Shown here: in pieces, positions 1 through 14,619 of the stretch
Layout: the number at the start of each line of letters is the position of its first letter
Position numbering within the stretch: the first letter of the stretch is position 1
Assembly (NCBI RefSeq): GCF_009914755.1
Contig: NC_060944.1
Strand: one strand, 5' to 3'
From: the human T2T-CHM13v2.0 reference genome, Homo sapiens
DNA: 64,000 nucleotides
Notes under the pieces: generated by a model
The model's database searches: none
What the model saw: only the letters and a program-made list of their open reading frames with translations
What the model was told of the DNA's origin: nothing
Made by a program: the position numbers and the translations under genes

Positions 1-199
1 GGCAGCTTTCTCTAAAATCCAACTATATGTAAGTAGTATTTTTAACACATGTAAACAGTGTATAATACGGAAATCATTTTCATGTTAATCTCTCTGTCAC
101 ATTAAGACAAAAAATGTAGATGGCCTTTTTCCCCCTCTGAGAAGTCTTGTGACTGAATTTTCCAGAGGGACACTTCCTGAGCCTTTCTGTGCATAGAAA

Positions 200-332
200 C
201 TAGGTGGGGATCTCATTAAAATGCAGAGTCTGATTCAGTAGTTCTAGGGTAGAGCAAAGATTCTGCATTTCTAACAAACTCCCAGGAGAGACCAATGCTA
301 CTGGTTCAAGGACCACATTTGGAGAAGCAAAG
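200..332. mobile_element. MER5A (hAT-Charlie) fragment
   Basis: aaatgcagagtctgattcagtag...ctgcatttctaacaaactcccagg...ggaccacatttggagaagc resembles MER5A consensus. Confidence 0.7.
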
Positions 333-341
333 AGACCAAAG

Positions 342-820
342 CAGTGGTTCTCAGCCTTGGCTTCACAGGTAACTCTTCCAAGGAGCTGGAAAAGCACAGT
401 TGCCCAGGTCCCACCACAGAGATTCCAATATCTGGTCTAGAGGGTGGCCTGCCTATTAGAAGTATGTAAAAGCACCCTCAGGGGACTGGAGACAGTGGCT
501 CATGCCTGTAATGCCAGCACTTTGGGGCCAAGGAGGGAGGATTGCCTGAGTCCAGGAGTTTAAGCCCAGATTGGGCAACATGGTGAGATCCTATCTCTAC
601 AGAAAAATCTTTAAAATTAGCTGGGCGTGGTGGTGTGCACCTGTAGTTCCAGCTACTCAGGAGGCTGTAGCAGGAGGATCACTTGAGCCCAGGAGTTCAA
701 GGCTGCAGTGAGCTATGATTGCATCTCTGGGCAACAGAGCAAGATCCTATCTCTTTAAAAAAAACAAAAAAGCACCCAGGTTATCCCAAAGTGCAGCTCA
801 GGTGACAAATCAATGGTCTA
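342..820. mobile_element. MER5B-like element split by an AluJ
   Basis: cagtggttctcagccttggc start; resumes after the Alu as agcacccaggttatcccaaagtgcagc. Confidence 0.55.
484..770 (+). mobile_element. AluJ (Jo-like)
   Basis: Dimeric Alu with J-type ggaggatcacttgagcccaggagttcaaggctgcagtgagctatgatt; A tail; aaaagcacc on both flanks. Confidence 0.9.
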
Positions 821-1042
821 AGGCAAGGTCCAACTGACAGATGTTTCACATCCTTGACTGTGAGCTTCTGCAAGGCAGGGTTTGTAGTTCTGACATCTCT
901 TTCTCCTGGAAGGCTTTATACAGAGACTATTAAGGAATCACAGCACTGTTAGCAATGTTATCCACGTGCTTAAAATTAAACACAACCCCTATGAGGTAAA
1001 TTATCAGGATCCCTTTACCACTTACATTGGGACCAGCACATT

Positions 1043-1103
1043 TGAGTCAGTGGCTCCTGCTGACACAATCTGAGTCAGTGGCTCCCTCTGACACAATCTG
1101 AGT
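1043..1103 (+). repeat. 28-bp tandem duplication, each unit starting with TGAGTCA
   Basis: tgagtcagtggctcctgctgacacaatc then tgagtcagtggctccctctgacacaatc. Confidence 0.9.
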
Positions 1104-1908
1104 GGTCCAATATGAGAGTTTTTATAGCCTTGTATCATTGATCTCCTTTAAGGGTCACACTCAAAAACTAAGAAGAAGATATAATCTGTATTCTCCATAT
1201 AGAAGGCTAAGGCCAAGATAGAGTAAATATTTAGGTGATTAAGGGCTCATCTAGGGCTGTGTTTCCCAGAGGAAAGCAGTATTCTATCTCCATTTTATAG
1301 AACAGCATAAGCACACTAAATACTTTGGCAAAGTCTTAAGATAAGAACTTACATTCCTGAGGATTTTATGGGCAGCATGTGGTTGTCAAAGAGTCCCAAG
1401 CTACAACCCAGGTGATATCAAAGATGGGTCATCAAGATTATATCTCTCCCTGACTTAATGACCCACCAAGGTGCCCTCAGATCTGCAGAGACCCACCCAT
1501 AACCACAGGTACTGTGTGACTATCAAGGTTCCAAAATATGTTGAAAGGAAGACAAATACAATAAAAGAAATGCATTGTGAAAAATGATTGAAGAAAGAGA
1601 TGCTAAAGTCAGATCACTCCTTGGACAAATTTTCAAAACCCTCCAGGTTTCTATTTCCCTGGTTTGAAACTGGTAATAGTGATACTCCTTCACTAATTCA
1701 CTTTTAGAAACCTATAGGTCTATAATTATAACTCATCATGTTACTATCTATTGGCAACTGGAGCCTAGATTGTGGTAAATTTTTAGAAGATAGTTGAACT
1801 TCTGTATAAAACATCATCCGTTTCCTCCACTTATTTTTCTCTCCTCTCTGTGACCTCTAGGGAAGACTCCATAAGTACTATTGAATAATGAGATGAACTT
1901 GAAGACAA

Positions 1909-2310
1909 CTGTCTGTCCATTTATGCTGCTATTAAAAAATACCTGAGACTAGGTAATTAAAAAAAAACAGAAATTTATTTCCTCATAGTTCTAGAGGCTG
2001 AGAAGTTCAAGTTCAAGGCACCAACAGGTCCAGTGTCTGGTGAAGGTTGCTTCCCCACAGATGGCTTCATCTGGGTGTCCTCACATGGCAGCAGGAATAG
2101 AAGGGGGAAAGGCAGATGAACACTGTGTCCTCACTTGGTGGAAGAGAACAAATCCACTCCCTCAAGCGCTTTGATAAGGGCCATGATTCCATCCATGAGG
2201 GCTCCATCCTCATGATCTAGTCACCTCCTAAAGGCCTCGCCTCTTAATACTATCACTTGGTGATTAGGTTTCAATATATGAATTCTGGGGAACATATTCA
2301 GACTGCAGCA
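1909..2310 (-). mobile_element. MaLR solo LTR, MST family (MSTD-like)
   Basis: gtccatttatgctgctat...ctagaggctgagaagttcaag...atccatgagggctccatcctcatgatctagtcacctcctaaagg...catattcagactgcagca. Confidence 0.8.
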
Positions 2311-3229
2311 ACAACAAAGGAGAACTCTAAGGGCCAGATTCCTCTGGGTAAGAAGGACTCCAGGGCTTACTCTCATGGCACGTTTCCCACTGCATACATC
2401 CTATTCTGACACATTGATATGTTTTTAGTAAAACATGCCATTGCAAAAGGATTGCTTCAATGAAGAGTTCAAATCCAGGGCTCATTGCAAAGGCCAAGTT
2501 TAAACCAGTCATCACTAGCATGCAAATACAGACGGGGATCACAATGTCAGGGTAACTGCAGCTTGCATTTAGACCTCAGCAAATCTATTTTGCATATTTC
2601 TGAGACTTCCAAGGGGATTCTGATATATGTTCAATTGTCCCAAAGGGCACTTCTGCGGCCCTGCCAGATCTCACTCTCCTCTAACATTAAGCCACTAAGT
2701 ACTGTAGATTTGCAATGTTGCTGATAGGCACCAGGTTAATTGTATATTAGAGAGATCCCTAGGCAGGGTTGCTTGAGACCCAGTGTCATTCAGTACTTCA
2801 ATCTCTTTATAGAGAGCCCAGGCACTCAGGGGTCTTCTGTCTCATACAAACCAAATTTGAGTCCCAGCTCCCACATATATTCACAATGTCTAGTTCCCTC
2901 CCACATCATCTACGACTCCTGAAGCCCTTTTACATAATGAGTTTTCTTCCAGGAGACGCCGCCAAACAAATAAATGTCAGTTGAACTCTCGCACCAGTCC
3001 ACCAGCCATGCTCAAGCCTTCTGGACACAAGCAGTGGGCACAACTGAGACTGAGGCAAAGATCAGTAAAAGAAAGGTGTTCTGCCATAGATCCAAGGAGA
3101 CAAATGGAGAAAATGCCATTTTTTACTTAAGTCCCCTTTTTCAAAACCAACAAACATAACATTTCTACAACAATAGGAATCTACCATGTGGTGGTGTCAT
3201 AGATGTTGTTGGGATCAGAATCAACTTGC

Positions 3230-3720
3230 CAAATGGGAAAGCCCAAATCAAATTATTATTCAAGTAAACAAACTGAAAATGAAGGCATTCCCAGACGCTT
3301 TTGACAAGGGGCAAATGGACTACTAAATCAACCATTTCATAAATAAATCAGCAAAATGCATTATGTAACACTCACATTAATGACACACACCAGATTGCCA
3401 AGATTCTTCATCAAATCTTTTCAATCTGGGTCCTTATATTGTGAAAGGGTCGATTCTTATGGAGAGCTCATAACACTAAGCAAGTCTCTCCATTGATGTT
3501 TCTGCCATCACCAAATGTTTTCCTTCTGATCTGTCTCCAGGCCTGACATTTTTGCAAATTAAACTGGATTACATTATCCATGATGGCGTAAATTCAATTA
3601 TCCAAATAACTAACCAGCCAGCTCCATGACTAAATTATCCACCTGCTGCCTTGAACTTTTTGGGATTGATAATGTGCTGGTTTCATTTCTATTTTGAAAA
3701 GTAAAAGTGGATCTGAATTT
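3230..3720. promoter_or_regulatory. Repeat-free AT-rich island, candidate conserved non-coding element
   Basis: No recognisable repeat; many TAAT/ATTA and TAAACA motifs; conservation not tested. Confidence 0.25.
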
Positions 3721-3759
3721 CTCTTGGAAAAGAACCTAAGAATGGTGTTTCCTTCTTAT

Positions 3760-3892
3760 GTATTTATTTAATTTTTTTGTAGAGATGGTTCTTGCTATGT
3801 TGCCCAGGCTGGCCTCGAACTCCTGGCCTCAAGTAATCCTCGTGCCTTGGCTCCCAAAGTGCTGGGATTACAGGCGTGAACCATTGTAGTCC
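3760..3892 (-). mobile_element. Alu monomer (FLAM_C-like)
   Basis: Single left arm ttgtagagatgg...cccaaagtgctgggattacaggcgtga; tttcct(t)ctta on both flanks. Confidence 0.85.
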
Positions 3893-4049
3893 TTTCCTCT
3901 TAAACATTATTTTACAGATACATGATCACACCCTTACTGTAAAAGAGTCAAACAATGTAGGGGTGATTAAAAGCAAGGACTGAGTGTCCCTCTTCATTTC
4001 CCTACTCCTCCCCTCCTCCCGGTGTCATTCTTCCAGTCTGCTTTTTTGG

Positions 4050-4330
4050 CAGTTTATTTAGGTTTCCAGTTTAACACAATCTCAAACAATGTCAGAATAG
4101 ACATGCTTACCTTTGTGCATATCCTGAGGTCATAAGAAAGTCATCTTTTTATTAATAAAAATACTGTCATATCACCCAAAAGACTTTGTAGGTTTATAGT
4201 CCCTCTAACAATGTATAGAAGTGCCTTTTCCCTTCACACTCAACACTTCATACCATACTTCGTATTATACATCTTTTACCTTTGCCACATGATAGGTCAA
4301 AACAACTCATTATTTGTACTTCCATTTTTA
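4050..4330 (-). mobile_element. Old L1 (L1ME-type) fragment
   Basis: caatgtatagaagtgccttttccc...caacact...tttgccacatgataggtcaaa, antisense to the old L1 3' region. Confidence 0.5.
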
Positions 4331-4584
4331 AGGTTGTAACAAAAAAAAATCCAAGATGAAAAAGTGCCAAAATATGTTGGTAAAAAAATTTTAACTAATA
4401 AATAAAAAGTCAATTTTCCAGCAACTGCTGAATGAAAGCAAGACATGAGAGAAATATATTTTCAAGTTCCTATTTGAATAAAAGAATAAAAAAGTAGAGA
4501 GAGATTTTTTAGAGTTGAGAGCAACTCTGAAGAGTGTTTAAAGATGAGAGAATTGAACCATTTGGGCCTAGACATTTTGATTAT

Positions 4585-5125
4585 CATATAAGTTTTTATT
4601 GCTACCTTAACAGATAACCACAGATTTGGTGGCTTAGAGAAGCACAGACCAATTGTCTTACAGTTTGGTAGGTCAGAAGTCCCGCAGGGGTCTCACCAGG
4701 CTGAAATTAGGATGTCAGCAGGCTGTATTTCTTTCTGGAGTCTCTCAGGGAGCATTGGTTTCCTGCTCATTGGGGTTGTTGGCAGAATTTAGTTTCTTGT
4801 GGTTGTAGGACTGTGGTCTCCATTTGCTTGTTGACTGTAAGCTGAGGGCCATCCCCACCTTCTAGAGACTACTGCATCCCTTGGCTCAGGCCCCCTTCCC
4901 ACATCTTCAAACCAGCAATATGGGTTGGGTTCTTCCCACATCACATCTCTCCAATCCACTCTTCCCCCTTTTCCTCTTTTAAGAGTGATTGTGATTACAT
5001 TGGGCCCACCTGGGTAATCCATGCTAGTCTTTCTATTTTAAGGTCAGCTTCTTAGCAACCTTATTCCCTTTTGCCATGAAACATAACATATCCAAATGTT
5101 CTAGGGATTGGGGTACCTTTGGGGT
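4585..5125 (-). mobile_element. MLT1D/E MaLR solo LTR
   Basis: ggtcagaagtcc...ttgttggcagaatttagtttcttgtggttgtaggactg...gattacattgggcccacctgggtaatcc. Confidence 0.85.
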
Positions 5126-5711
5126 GACAGATTGATCATCACCCTTTAAGGTGATGGAATGTTCACGGAAGCCCCAAGGAATGATATACTTTGTGTTTTA
5201 TTGGCTTTTGCCTCTAATGATTGAATTTTTAAAAAGGAAAATATTAATAAAAAAGAAAATTAATTCTGACCCTCCTCAAAGCTCTTAAGGTATTTTTGGA
5301 AGCCCCTCATCCTGATTCAGTCAGCTACCACATGGAGGCTGCCATCTCTTTCCTTTTCTCTTTCTTTAGGCTCCCTTCCCTAACTGCGAGGCACCGGACA
5401 TCATTGTGACTTCACAGTGGTCTTCCAATGTGCTGCAGTCATGCCCAGCTTTCTCTTGAGAGAAAGCAGGGGACATAGCCCACACCTCAATCTGTGGCAC
5501 ACTTTACTGCCTGGGTACCCCAGCAGCCCTGCCACCACTGCTGGGTCTCCCCAGGTCTCATGCTTCTTGTGAGTCTTGGGAGGAGATGAGTGATATATAG
5601 GGGTCCCTTCACCCATCTCCTTGCTCCTTTGGGAGGGGGGTGGGATGCTCAGTGAAACTGACACTGGGCAGGACACAGCTCATCAGACATGTCCAGAGGG
5701 GTCTGATTCTT

Positions 5712-5822
5712 ATAAGTATGTACACACATACTGCACACATATGTATATGTGTGTAAATGTGTGTCTCTGTATATGTGTATACCTATGTGCACACACATAT
5801 GTGATAGGCAGATACACACACA
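5712..5822. repeat. Degenerate alternating purine-pyrimidine (TG/CA/TA) tract
   Basis: Visible low-complexity run. Confidence 0.7.
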
Positions 5823-6071
5823 GTGAAACAAATAATCTGCTTTTCTCCCAAGGAGTTCAAATACTATATTTATTATATTATTTATTATAAATTGGTCTTG
5901 TAGGAGCCCATATAAAACAACAAATAGTCTCATTTGCCAGACTGCAACATTTAGACCTAAGAATAAAGGTATTTTTCTCAAGTTCATCAGGACAGCTATA
6001 GCCATCAACCCTGGTACATGGCAGTCCTGGCCAGAAATAGGCCATCATCATGCTCTAACCTATACCACAGC

Positions 6072-7043
<972 letters not shown>

Positions 7044-7429
7044 ACAGCAAGATTTAGACACTGGCTGAGATGCCTCCATTCCTAATTGTCTTTCAAACGT
7101 GGAACCAGGAAAAAGCTATGGAAATGACAAAGCACCTATGGGTGTGCCTAACTTTCGTTTTCCTAACAAACATTATCATCTCAAAAATGGCATAGGTTTC
7201 CATGTGGCATAAATGCTGGGACATTCAGTCTGGGGATGATCCTCCAGATATGGGCATCTTGGCCAGAAACCTACTTTGACCCCTGTCCTACTGTGTGCAC
7301 CGTGATAGAAAACTAACTAAAATGCTATATTTACACTCAAAACTTTTATTTGACTCACTAAAGAAAAGGAGTTGACTTGATCAACTCAGAATCCTGCAAA
7401 ATGGAGGGACCACGTAGAATCATTGATGG

Positions 7430-7570
7430 TGCTTTCATGGTTATCTAATTCAATGCCCTATTTCACAGAAACAGAAAGTAAAAGTCAACAAGAGGTAATG
7501 ACTTGCTCAAGGTTATGCACCTCGTTCTTATCAAAGCTGGATCGCCAAACTCCCAGTGACTCCATTCTCC
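7430..7570 (-). mobile_element. MIR fragment
   Basis: atttcacagaaacagaaag...gacttgctcaaggttatgcac core. Confidence 0.5.
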
Positions 7571-7659
7571 TCTGTGCTGTGCTGCATCTCTGTCACTCAT
7601 GGATCACTAATAGTCAAAGAATGAAATTAGCAGGCTTCTGATTAAAGATGACACACATA

Positions 7660-7760
7660 CTATGTTCATTTGCTTGACCATAGTAAGCATTTACTATGTA
7701 TATGTATGTCAAACCATCAAGCTGTAAATCTTAAATATATAGAATTTTTATGGAAAAAAA
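7660..7760 (+). mobile_element. L1MA-type 3' end
   Basis: tatgttcatttgcttgacc...tatatgtatgtcaaaccatcaagctgtaaatcttaaatatatagaattttta plus A run. Confidence 0.6.
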
Positions 7761-8359
7761 GGATGGTACATGGAGTGTACTCCTTTAGATCCCTTTCCTC
7801 CCCAAACTGAAACAGAAAGGAAATAAGATAATTCAACAGAAACAAAATGTAGGAATCTTGAAAGCAGATGAGTTGATGTTAATTAAATCTACAAATCTGA
7901 ATCCTTAGCCAAAGAGAACCTGAAATATATCACAGTACTCCCCAAAGTTTCAAGAATTGTTTGCATCAAGTGCCTTTGGAATGGGAGCTATTAGTGGAAC
8001 ATAGAAAAGGAGAATTCGTTGAAAGTCTGCTTAAGAGGCTATTAGAACCCAGGTCTAACTCTAACTCTTTTATATGTGATACAGCAAAGCCAGTGGCCCT
8101 CCCTCACTGCAAGTGAAGAATGGTAGCAGGTAAGTGAGAATTAGGGTTTGTATATGTTGAATAACAGTCTTGATTGCAGAACCAAGGGCTGATGAGTCTG
8201 ACAAGATCAAGTGTCGAGTAGCCATAAGTAATCGTATTAAAACTGTTTTCTTCCATATTTTTCGGGTGTCAACTCCCAAAGTAAACACAAGACTCACAAA
8301 CAGTGAAAACCAGAGCTGCCCCTGCTGTAGATGCACACCAGGCAGGACACTAATGGAAT

Positions 8360-8864
8360 CTTAGGTCATCCCTCTTCTCATGGTGACTTTGAGTTAATCA
8401 GAGATTACCTTGGTAAACCTGACTCAGCCAGAGGGAGCTTTATAAGAAGATGAAACACCAAAGAGACATTCTCCTGCTGAACCGAGAGAAAGTAGAGAGG
8501 CCTGTTGTGAATTATAGGTGGGGGCCATGTGGCAAGGATCTGCAGGAGGCCTCTAGGTACTGAAAGTGGTCCCCAGTTGATATCTAGCAAGGAGGCTATA
8601 CAGTCATACAGGATATAGTCAGTCATGCAACCAAAAAGAAATGAATTCTGTCAACAACCAGTGAGCTTGGAAGAGAACCCTGAGCCTGAGACAAGAATCA
8701 TGGCCCTGGCCAACACCTGGACTTCAGCCCAATAAAACTTGGAGCAGAGAAATCAGCCAACACATACCCAGACTCTTGAACCATGGAAACTGAGAAAATG
8801 AATTTATGTTGTTTGAAGTCACTAAGTTTGTGGTAATTTGTTAAATTGCAATGGAAACCATTAC
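8360..8864 (+). mobile_element. MLT1E/F MaLR LTR
   Basis: aatgaattctgtcaacaaccagtgagcttggaagag...aagtcactaagtttgtggtaatttgtt 3' terminus. Confidence 0.8.
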
Positions 8865-9004
8865 CTCTGGGCAGTATCAGTGGAAAAAAGTGGTCAAATA
8901 TATATATGGCAGAAGTAGGCCACAGGCCAAGTATACTGCTACTTTAGCAGGAGTGAATTTTTCATTTTATGTTCTCCACATTTATCCTCCCATGTCTTCG
9001 TTTT

Positions 9005-9515
9005 GTTTAGTTTTTTTTATAGATACGTAATATTTTACATACTTATGGGGCACATGTGAGAGTTTTTAACACACATAGAGTGTGTCCTAATCAAGTCAGG
9101 GTGTTATTGTATTCATCACCTTGAGTATTGATCATTTCTATGTGTTGGTACCATTTATTTATTTATTCATTTATTTATTTATTTTGAGACAGAGTCTCGG
9201 GCTGGAGTGCAGTGGTGCAATTACGGCTCACAGCAGCCTCGATCTCCCAGGCTTAAGTGATCCTTTCACCTCAGCTTTTCAAGCAGCTGGGACTAGAGGT
9301 GCTCACCACCACACCCGGCTAATCTTTGTATTTTTCATAGAGATGGGGTTTTGCCATGTTGCCCAGGCTGGTCTCAAACTCCTAGGCTCAAGCAATCCTC
9401 CTGCCTCAGCCTCCCAAACTGCTGGGATTACAGGCATGAGCCACCTCGCCCAGCAGGTACTATTTGAAGTCCTCTCTTTTAGCTACTTTGATATATACAA
9501 CATAGTGTTGTGAAC
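9005..9515 (-). mobile_element. L1MA 3' fragment split by AluJ
   Basis: gatacgtaatattttacatacttatggggcacatgtg...tcaagtcagggt; resumes tttgaagtcctctcttttagctactttg. Confidence 0.75.
9154..9454 (-). mobile_element. AluJ
   Basis: (TTTA)n tail, J-type arms; ggtac(c/t)attt on both flanks. Confidence 0.9.
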
Positions 9516-10544
9516 CTCACTTCTAATTGGAGAGCAGACTATATTTCCCATTTTCCTGACTCAATTTGGAACAGGCTTTGAAACTTACTCATCTCACTCA
9601 GGATGGGGAAGGTCCAGACCAGACTCTTGTCCCATGGGCTCCTAGGAGGGGGTGGGCTGGGTCAAAAGTGACCAGACTAAAGGCAGAATGTTCTATACAA
9701 CATGATCCTAAATGGAAGTGGCCAGAAATATGACTCAGAACAAATATCCAAGAGAGAAAAGTCAAAAGCAGGAGAACAAAACTTAGAGCCCTGATTACAG
9801 ACAGGGCTAAAGCCAGGAAGCAAAAACAGAGACCGAAAGCAAAGAAAGCCTTGTGTTGTTTCTAGGTAGAGCCGTGGCGCAGTGGACACCTTGGAGGTCA
9901 GCAGGTGAGTGGTGTGGACATGCCAGGCTCCTGTAAAAGTGTAGGGCTACACAATTACTGTGGCCCTTCACTAAGCTCTAGCATACAGGTTTGGAATGTC
10001 TCCAAGGCAAGCCCTCATTGGCTCCTTTGGAAAGCTTTCTACAGGTCTGCTTTGGAATCTGTGTGGGGAAGTAAGCCAAGAACCCACATACCATGGCTGG
10101 AATAAGTGGTGTGTAGGAAACTTCCCCCCAGAAGTCACCCAGCTTAAGGTGGGCCTTGCTGGGAACACCCTGCTGGAGGTCTCTGTGGATTCCCAAAGGA
10201 GGTTTCAAATGGAGTCATTGTAAAGACAATTCATGATCTTAGAAGTGTCTCATGCAGTTTCCTCGTGATGGTCTTGTTCAATTTTCATAGAATTCCTATG
10301 TGTATATTCATTACATTCATTTTTGCAGAGTCAATTCATCCAATAATAAGAACAGAAAAATAGAAGACCCAGAATATTTTGGCCCAGGCTCACCCTTTAA
10401 CAGCCCCTCATAAAATCCAAGTGTTGGAAGGAACTTTAGTCAGCATCTGTCCCAACCTCCTACACTGGTGGGGAAACTTGGGTTCGAAGAGAATATGCGA
10501 CTGTGGAAGAAACCAACAACTTCAAATGTTCAAACACTGCTATA

Positions 10545-10750
10545 AGACAAAGTGATGAAAAAGATGAAATTGGAGATCCAATTCTATGCTCATGAGTGGT
10601 GTGATCTCAGGCAAGTTACTTTATGTCTCTAAACTTGAATTTCCTCATCTGCAAAAATGAATATAATAAATATACACATAGGAATTCTGTGGAAATTGAA
10701 CAAGGCCATCATGGGAAAACACACAGCAGCATGCATGACATATAACTTTT
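10545..10750 (+). mobile_element. MIR
   Basis: gtgtgatctcaggcaagttacttt...tttcctcatctgcaaaaatg core. Confidence 0.75.
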
Positions 10751-11447
10751 CTATACATTTTCTTGTGGTCAACTGTTCTTGCCTCTCTCCTCTTTGGACC
10801 CATTCTGCAGAATCATCTTGGAAGAAGTCAAAAGCATTGATTTTCTGAATCTGTGCTTCTAAATCTTGAGTCTTAGAACAAACTCATCACCCTCTCCAGG
10901 CCCAGAATAAAATAGAGCTGGTGTTCCCAGCATCTCATGACAGCCTCTTAGCCTTGTAGGAAAACTCATAGCGTGGTCTGCAGGGTAGATGCAGGAAACA
11001 TCAAAGCCCCAAGTCCCAGTCCTGAACACAGTGAAAGACAAGCTGTCTTGAAAGGATCAGCTTGCTCTGTTGTAGGATGCTTCAAGCATGTTAAACAGGA
11101 ACTAATGGCAACAATGGAACCATGACTCATGGCAATGGAAGTGCAGCCATTAAATTTTCATGATTTCAGAGCTCAGGACACACGAGTTCATCACTATGGC
11201 ACTTTTTATGTCAGTGAATTTATAATGAACATAGTTGTTGAAAATCAGCACTATTCACAGCCATAGCTTAGTACATAATGCTGCCATTTTAGAAATTGTT
11301 ATCAAAACTATTTTACTATAAAAACTAAAAGAACCTTTAGTAAGTAAAGGAACCTAAAGGCCCCAGCACCACAATTATTTCTCAATGGGCTAAAAAAAGG
11401 TTCATAGTTGTCAGTTAATGCTTTCAGGTTATGGTACCAGTTGGGCC

Positions 11448-11785
<338 letters not shown>

Positions 11786-11898
11786 TGATAGAGAAAGCTC
11801 GGCGATTTGTTTAGCTAATGGGTAATAAAACCTGAATGGGCTTCTGTTGCCCATCCCCTAGTCCAGAGTAATTTCATATGTCTGTCCCCAGCCCATCA

Positions 11899-11899
<1 letters not shown>

Positions 11900-11943
<44 letters not shown>
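11900..11943. repeat. (CA)22 microsatellite
   Basis: Perfect CA run. Confidence 0.95.
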
Positions 11944-11945
<2 letters not shown>

Positions 11946-12054
11946 CAGACACCAATTTAAAAAGAGGAACTCCTCAAGGGGCCAACTTGTATTTCCATAT
12001 CATCACTGGGAGCTCTCTCTGACTTGTCATCCACTGGCTGTGCAGTTTGAGGAC

Positions 12055-12530
12055 CTTATCAGATTGACCTGTCCCAGATCATAGATCCTGAGACAAGGAT
12101 TTGAGTGTAGATGGTTTATTGCGGGGGAATGGGTGACCTCAGGAAGCACTAGTAGGGAGTGGGGAGTAAAACAGGAAAGGGAAGGTGGCCAATATAAGGT
12201 ATTTTGATGTGCGAGTTACTGTGATGAGGCTCAGTCCCACTGGGGACCTCTGGGAGACTGTATAGAACATGCCTTGGAGTAGGTCCCTCTTTAAGGAGTT
12301 AAAGAGCTGAGGTGTTTAGCTAATAACTTACTTTCATCATTGGTTAAAGGCTGCCCCCAGGTGAACTCCTCTATACTCTGACCTGCCCCACACATCGACC
12401 AAGGACACACCTGCAGCCAGCAAAAGCCCTCAGGCTTTCTCAGGTGCTGGCAATGGGACGTCATTAACATGCACAGGAATGGTGAGTGGCAGGCAAATAC
12501 AGGCAGGGCACTGACGATGTGTGTGTCATG
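12055..12530 (-). mobile_element. ERVL LTR (LTR16/LTR33 group)
   Basis: gatcctgagacaaggatttgagtgtagatggtttatt...caggaagcactagtagggagtgggg. Confidence 0.7.
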
Positions 12531-13279
12531 CTACTTATAAACCTCCTCAGTTCCAGACTCTCTCAAGTGGCCCTACTACCACTTGCCATCTCCTTCCTAA
12601 CAGGTCACTCAGAGATGGGCCCTGGCAGTTTTCTCTGGAGGACCCTGCCTGCAACCTGCCCTTGTGCACAGCCCTGACCAGGACCAGTGCAGGAAAATAA
12701 AAGAGGGGGAGAAGCAGACGGGCACCCAGTGACAGGCAGCACATGTAGTGGTTCAGAGCCTGGACACAGGTGCTCCATACCTCAGAATGGAGCCCAGATC
12801 TCCTATTTTTCACTCCAAAGTTATTTTAACTCTGGACCTTGATATTCTCCATGAGTCAATTCTATCAGCCAGGCTGTTTAAAGATACCCCCTAAAAAAGT
12901 AGCACCAAAGATATGCCATGTTCATACAAGACCCTCTACAAGCCACCACTACAGACCCAGAAGGAGAGGCCTGGTGCTCAGGGGCCAAGCCATGCAGCAA
13001 GAAAATACTGCTGTTTTCTGGAAGAGCCGGTAAACATTCTGGGAGGGAGCTGTAAGGGACAGGTAGCTAAAAATAATGACAGAGATGCACGGTTTCATTA
13101 CAGTCCCACAGACCACCAGCAAGGGAAGGAGAGCCATCTGGAATTGACTGAACATAAGCAAGGTCCAGAAGATTTTAATTTTAAAACAATTTGATTATTT
13201 AAAAAGTATAAGAAGAACCTGGAGGAAAACAAAATGGTTAAGGGTGCATGTGAGAGAAAATTCTTGTGTATGTTCATCA

Positions 13280-13643
<364 letters not shown>

Positions 13644-13724
13644 TAAGAGGACTAAATGGGGAGGGAGAGAAAATGAGAGAAGAAAATAAAAGGTGTATGA
13701 GGAAAAGGAAGGAGACAATTTTTC

Positions 13725-14176
13725 TGTTGAGACTTTTTAGTTCTAAACAACAGAAAATAAGTCTGATTGATTCAAGTTTAAAATTACCCATTGGAAGAAT
13801 AGCTTATAATGCAAAAAATAGAAAATAAAAAAATGAATAAGCAGGCCTCAGGAGAATGGGGGAACAGGAATGAGACAGTTCAGCTCCCCAAATCTAGGCA
13901 GCAGGAACAAATGGGTGATCTCTCCCGGTGTCTGCACTCAACACCAACCATGTTCTATCAACACAACACTGAAGACTCAAATTCCCAGGAGGAAGAGTGT
14001 GGCCTATTTTGGTCACGTGACGTGCCTTTGATTGAAGGTTGCTTGGGAAGGGGGAGGGAGGCTTGATTGACAGTCCCACATAGATCACGTGGAATGAGGG
14101 AAGGATGCCTCTATGATGGTAACAAAACAAAGAGCAAGAGGAGCCAGGCAGGCAAAAGCATCAGCTGTCCACCACC
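13725..14176 (-). mobile_element. Old MLT1 (K/L-like) MaLR LTR
   Basis: ttagttctaaacaacagaaaa start; ggtcacgtg core; gccaggcaggcaaaagcatcagctgtccaccac end. Confidence 0.55.
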
Positions 14177-14619
14177 CAAAGTGAACCCAAAAGAGAGGAA
14201 GACAGTGGCACTCAACGGAAGTTAGAAGAGGATGAGCCACAAATGTGGGAAAAACTTGGGGATAGGAAGGGGAAAGGATGAACAAAGAGAGAAAATATAA
14301 GAGTATAAGAAAATTATCCAGGGGAGAGAAGCTAATAAAGGAAGAAGAAAACTAGCTTCTGTATGAGGAGTGAGGAGCCAGACAGGAAGAAGGGAAAGGG
14401 AAAGGAGAGAGTGTCGTGGGATGGAGATGATGGCAGAGAATCACTTAGGGCTCACTCATGACTTCATGAGTCTGTGATGCTGCTCACTACAGATCCAGGC
14501 CTTGCCAGGCCTGTGAAGTTGGTGGAAAGTGGGAGGGCCCAGGCCACCCCAAGACAATGAGATTTGACATTCACTCCATTCGGCATGGACATCCACTAAG
14601 TGATTAGGTGTCCATGATT

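Noticed and set aside
7760-8330. Possible ancient L1 5' region
   Set aside because: Resemblance too vague to call without an HMM search.
9121-9513. Alu-derived ORFs (also at 6252, 25879, 28549, 49737, 53353, 54708)
   Set aside because: Typical Alu translations such as LECSG and SWDYR; not genes.
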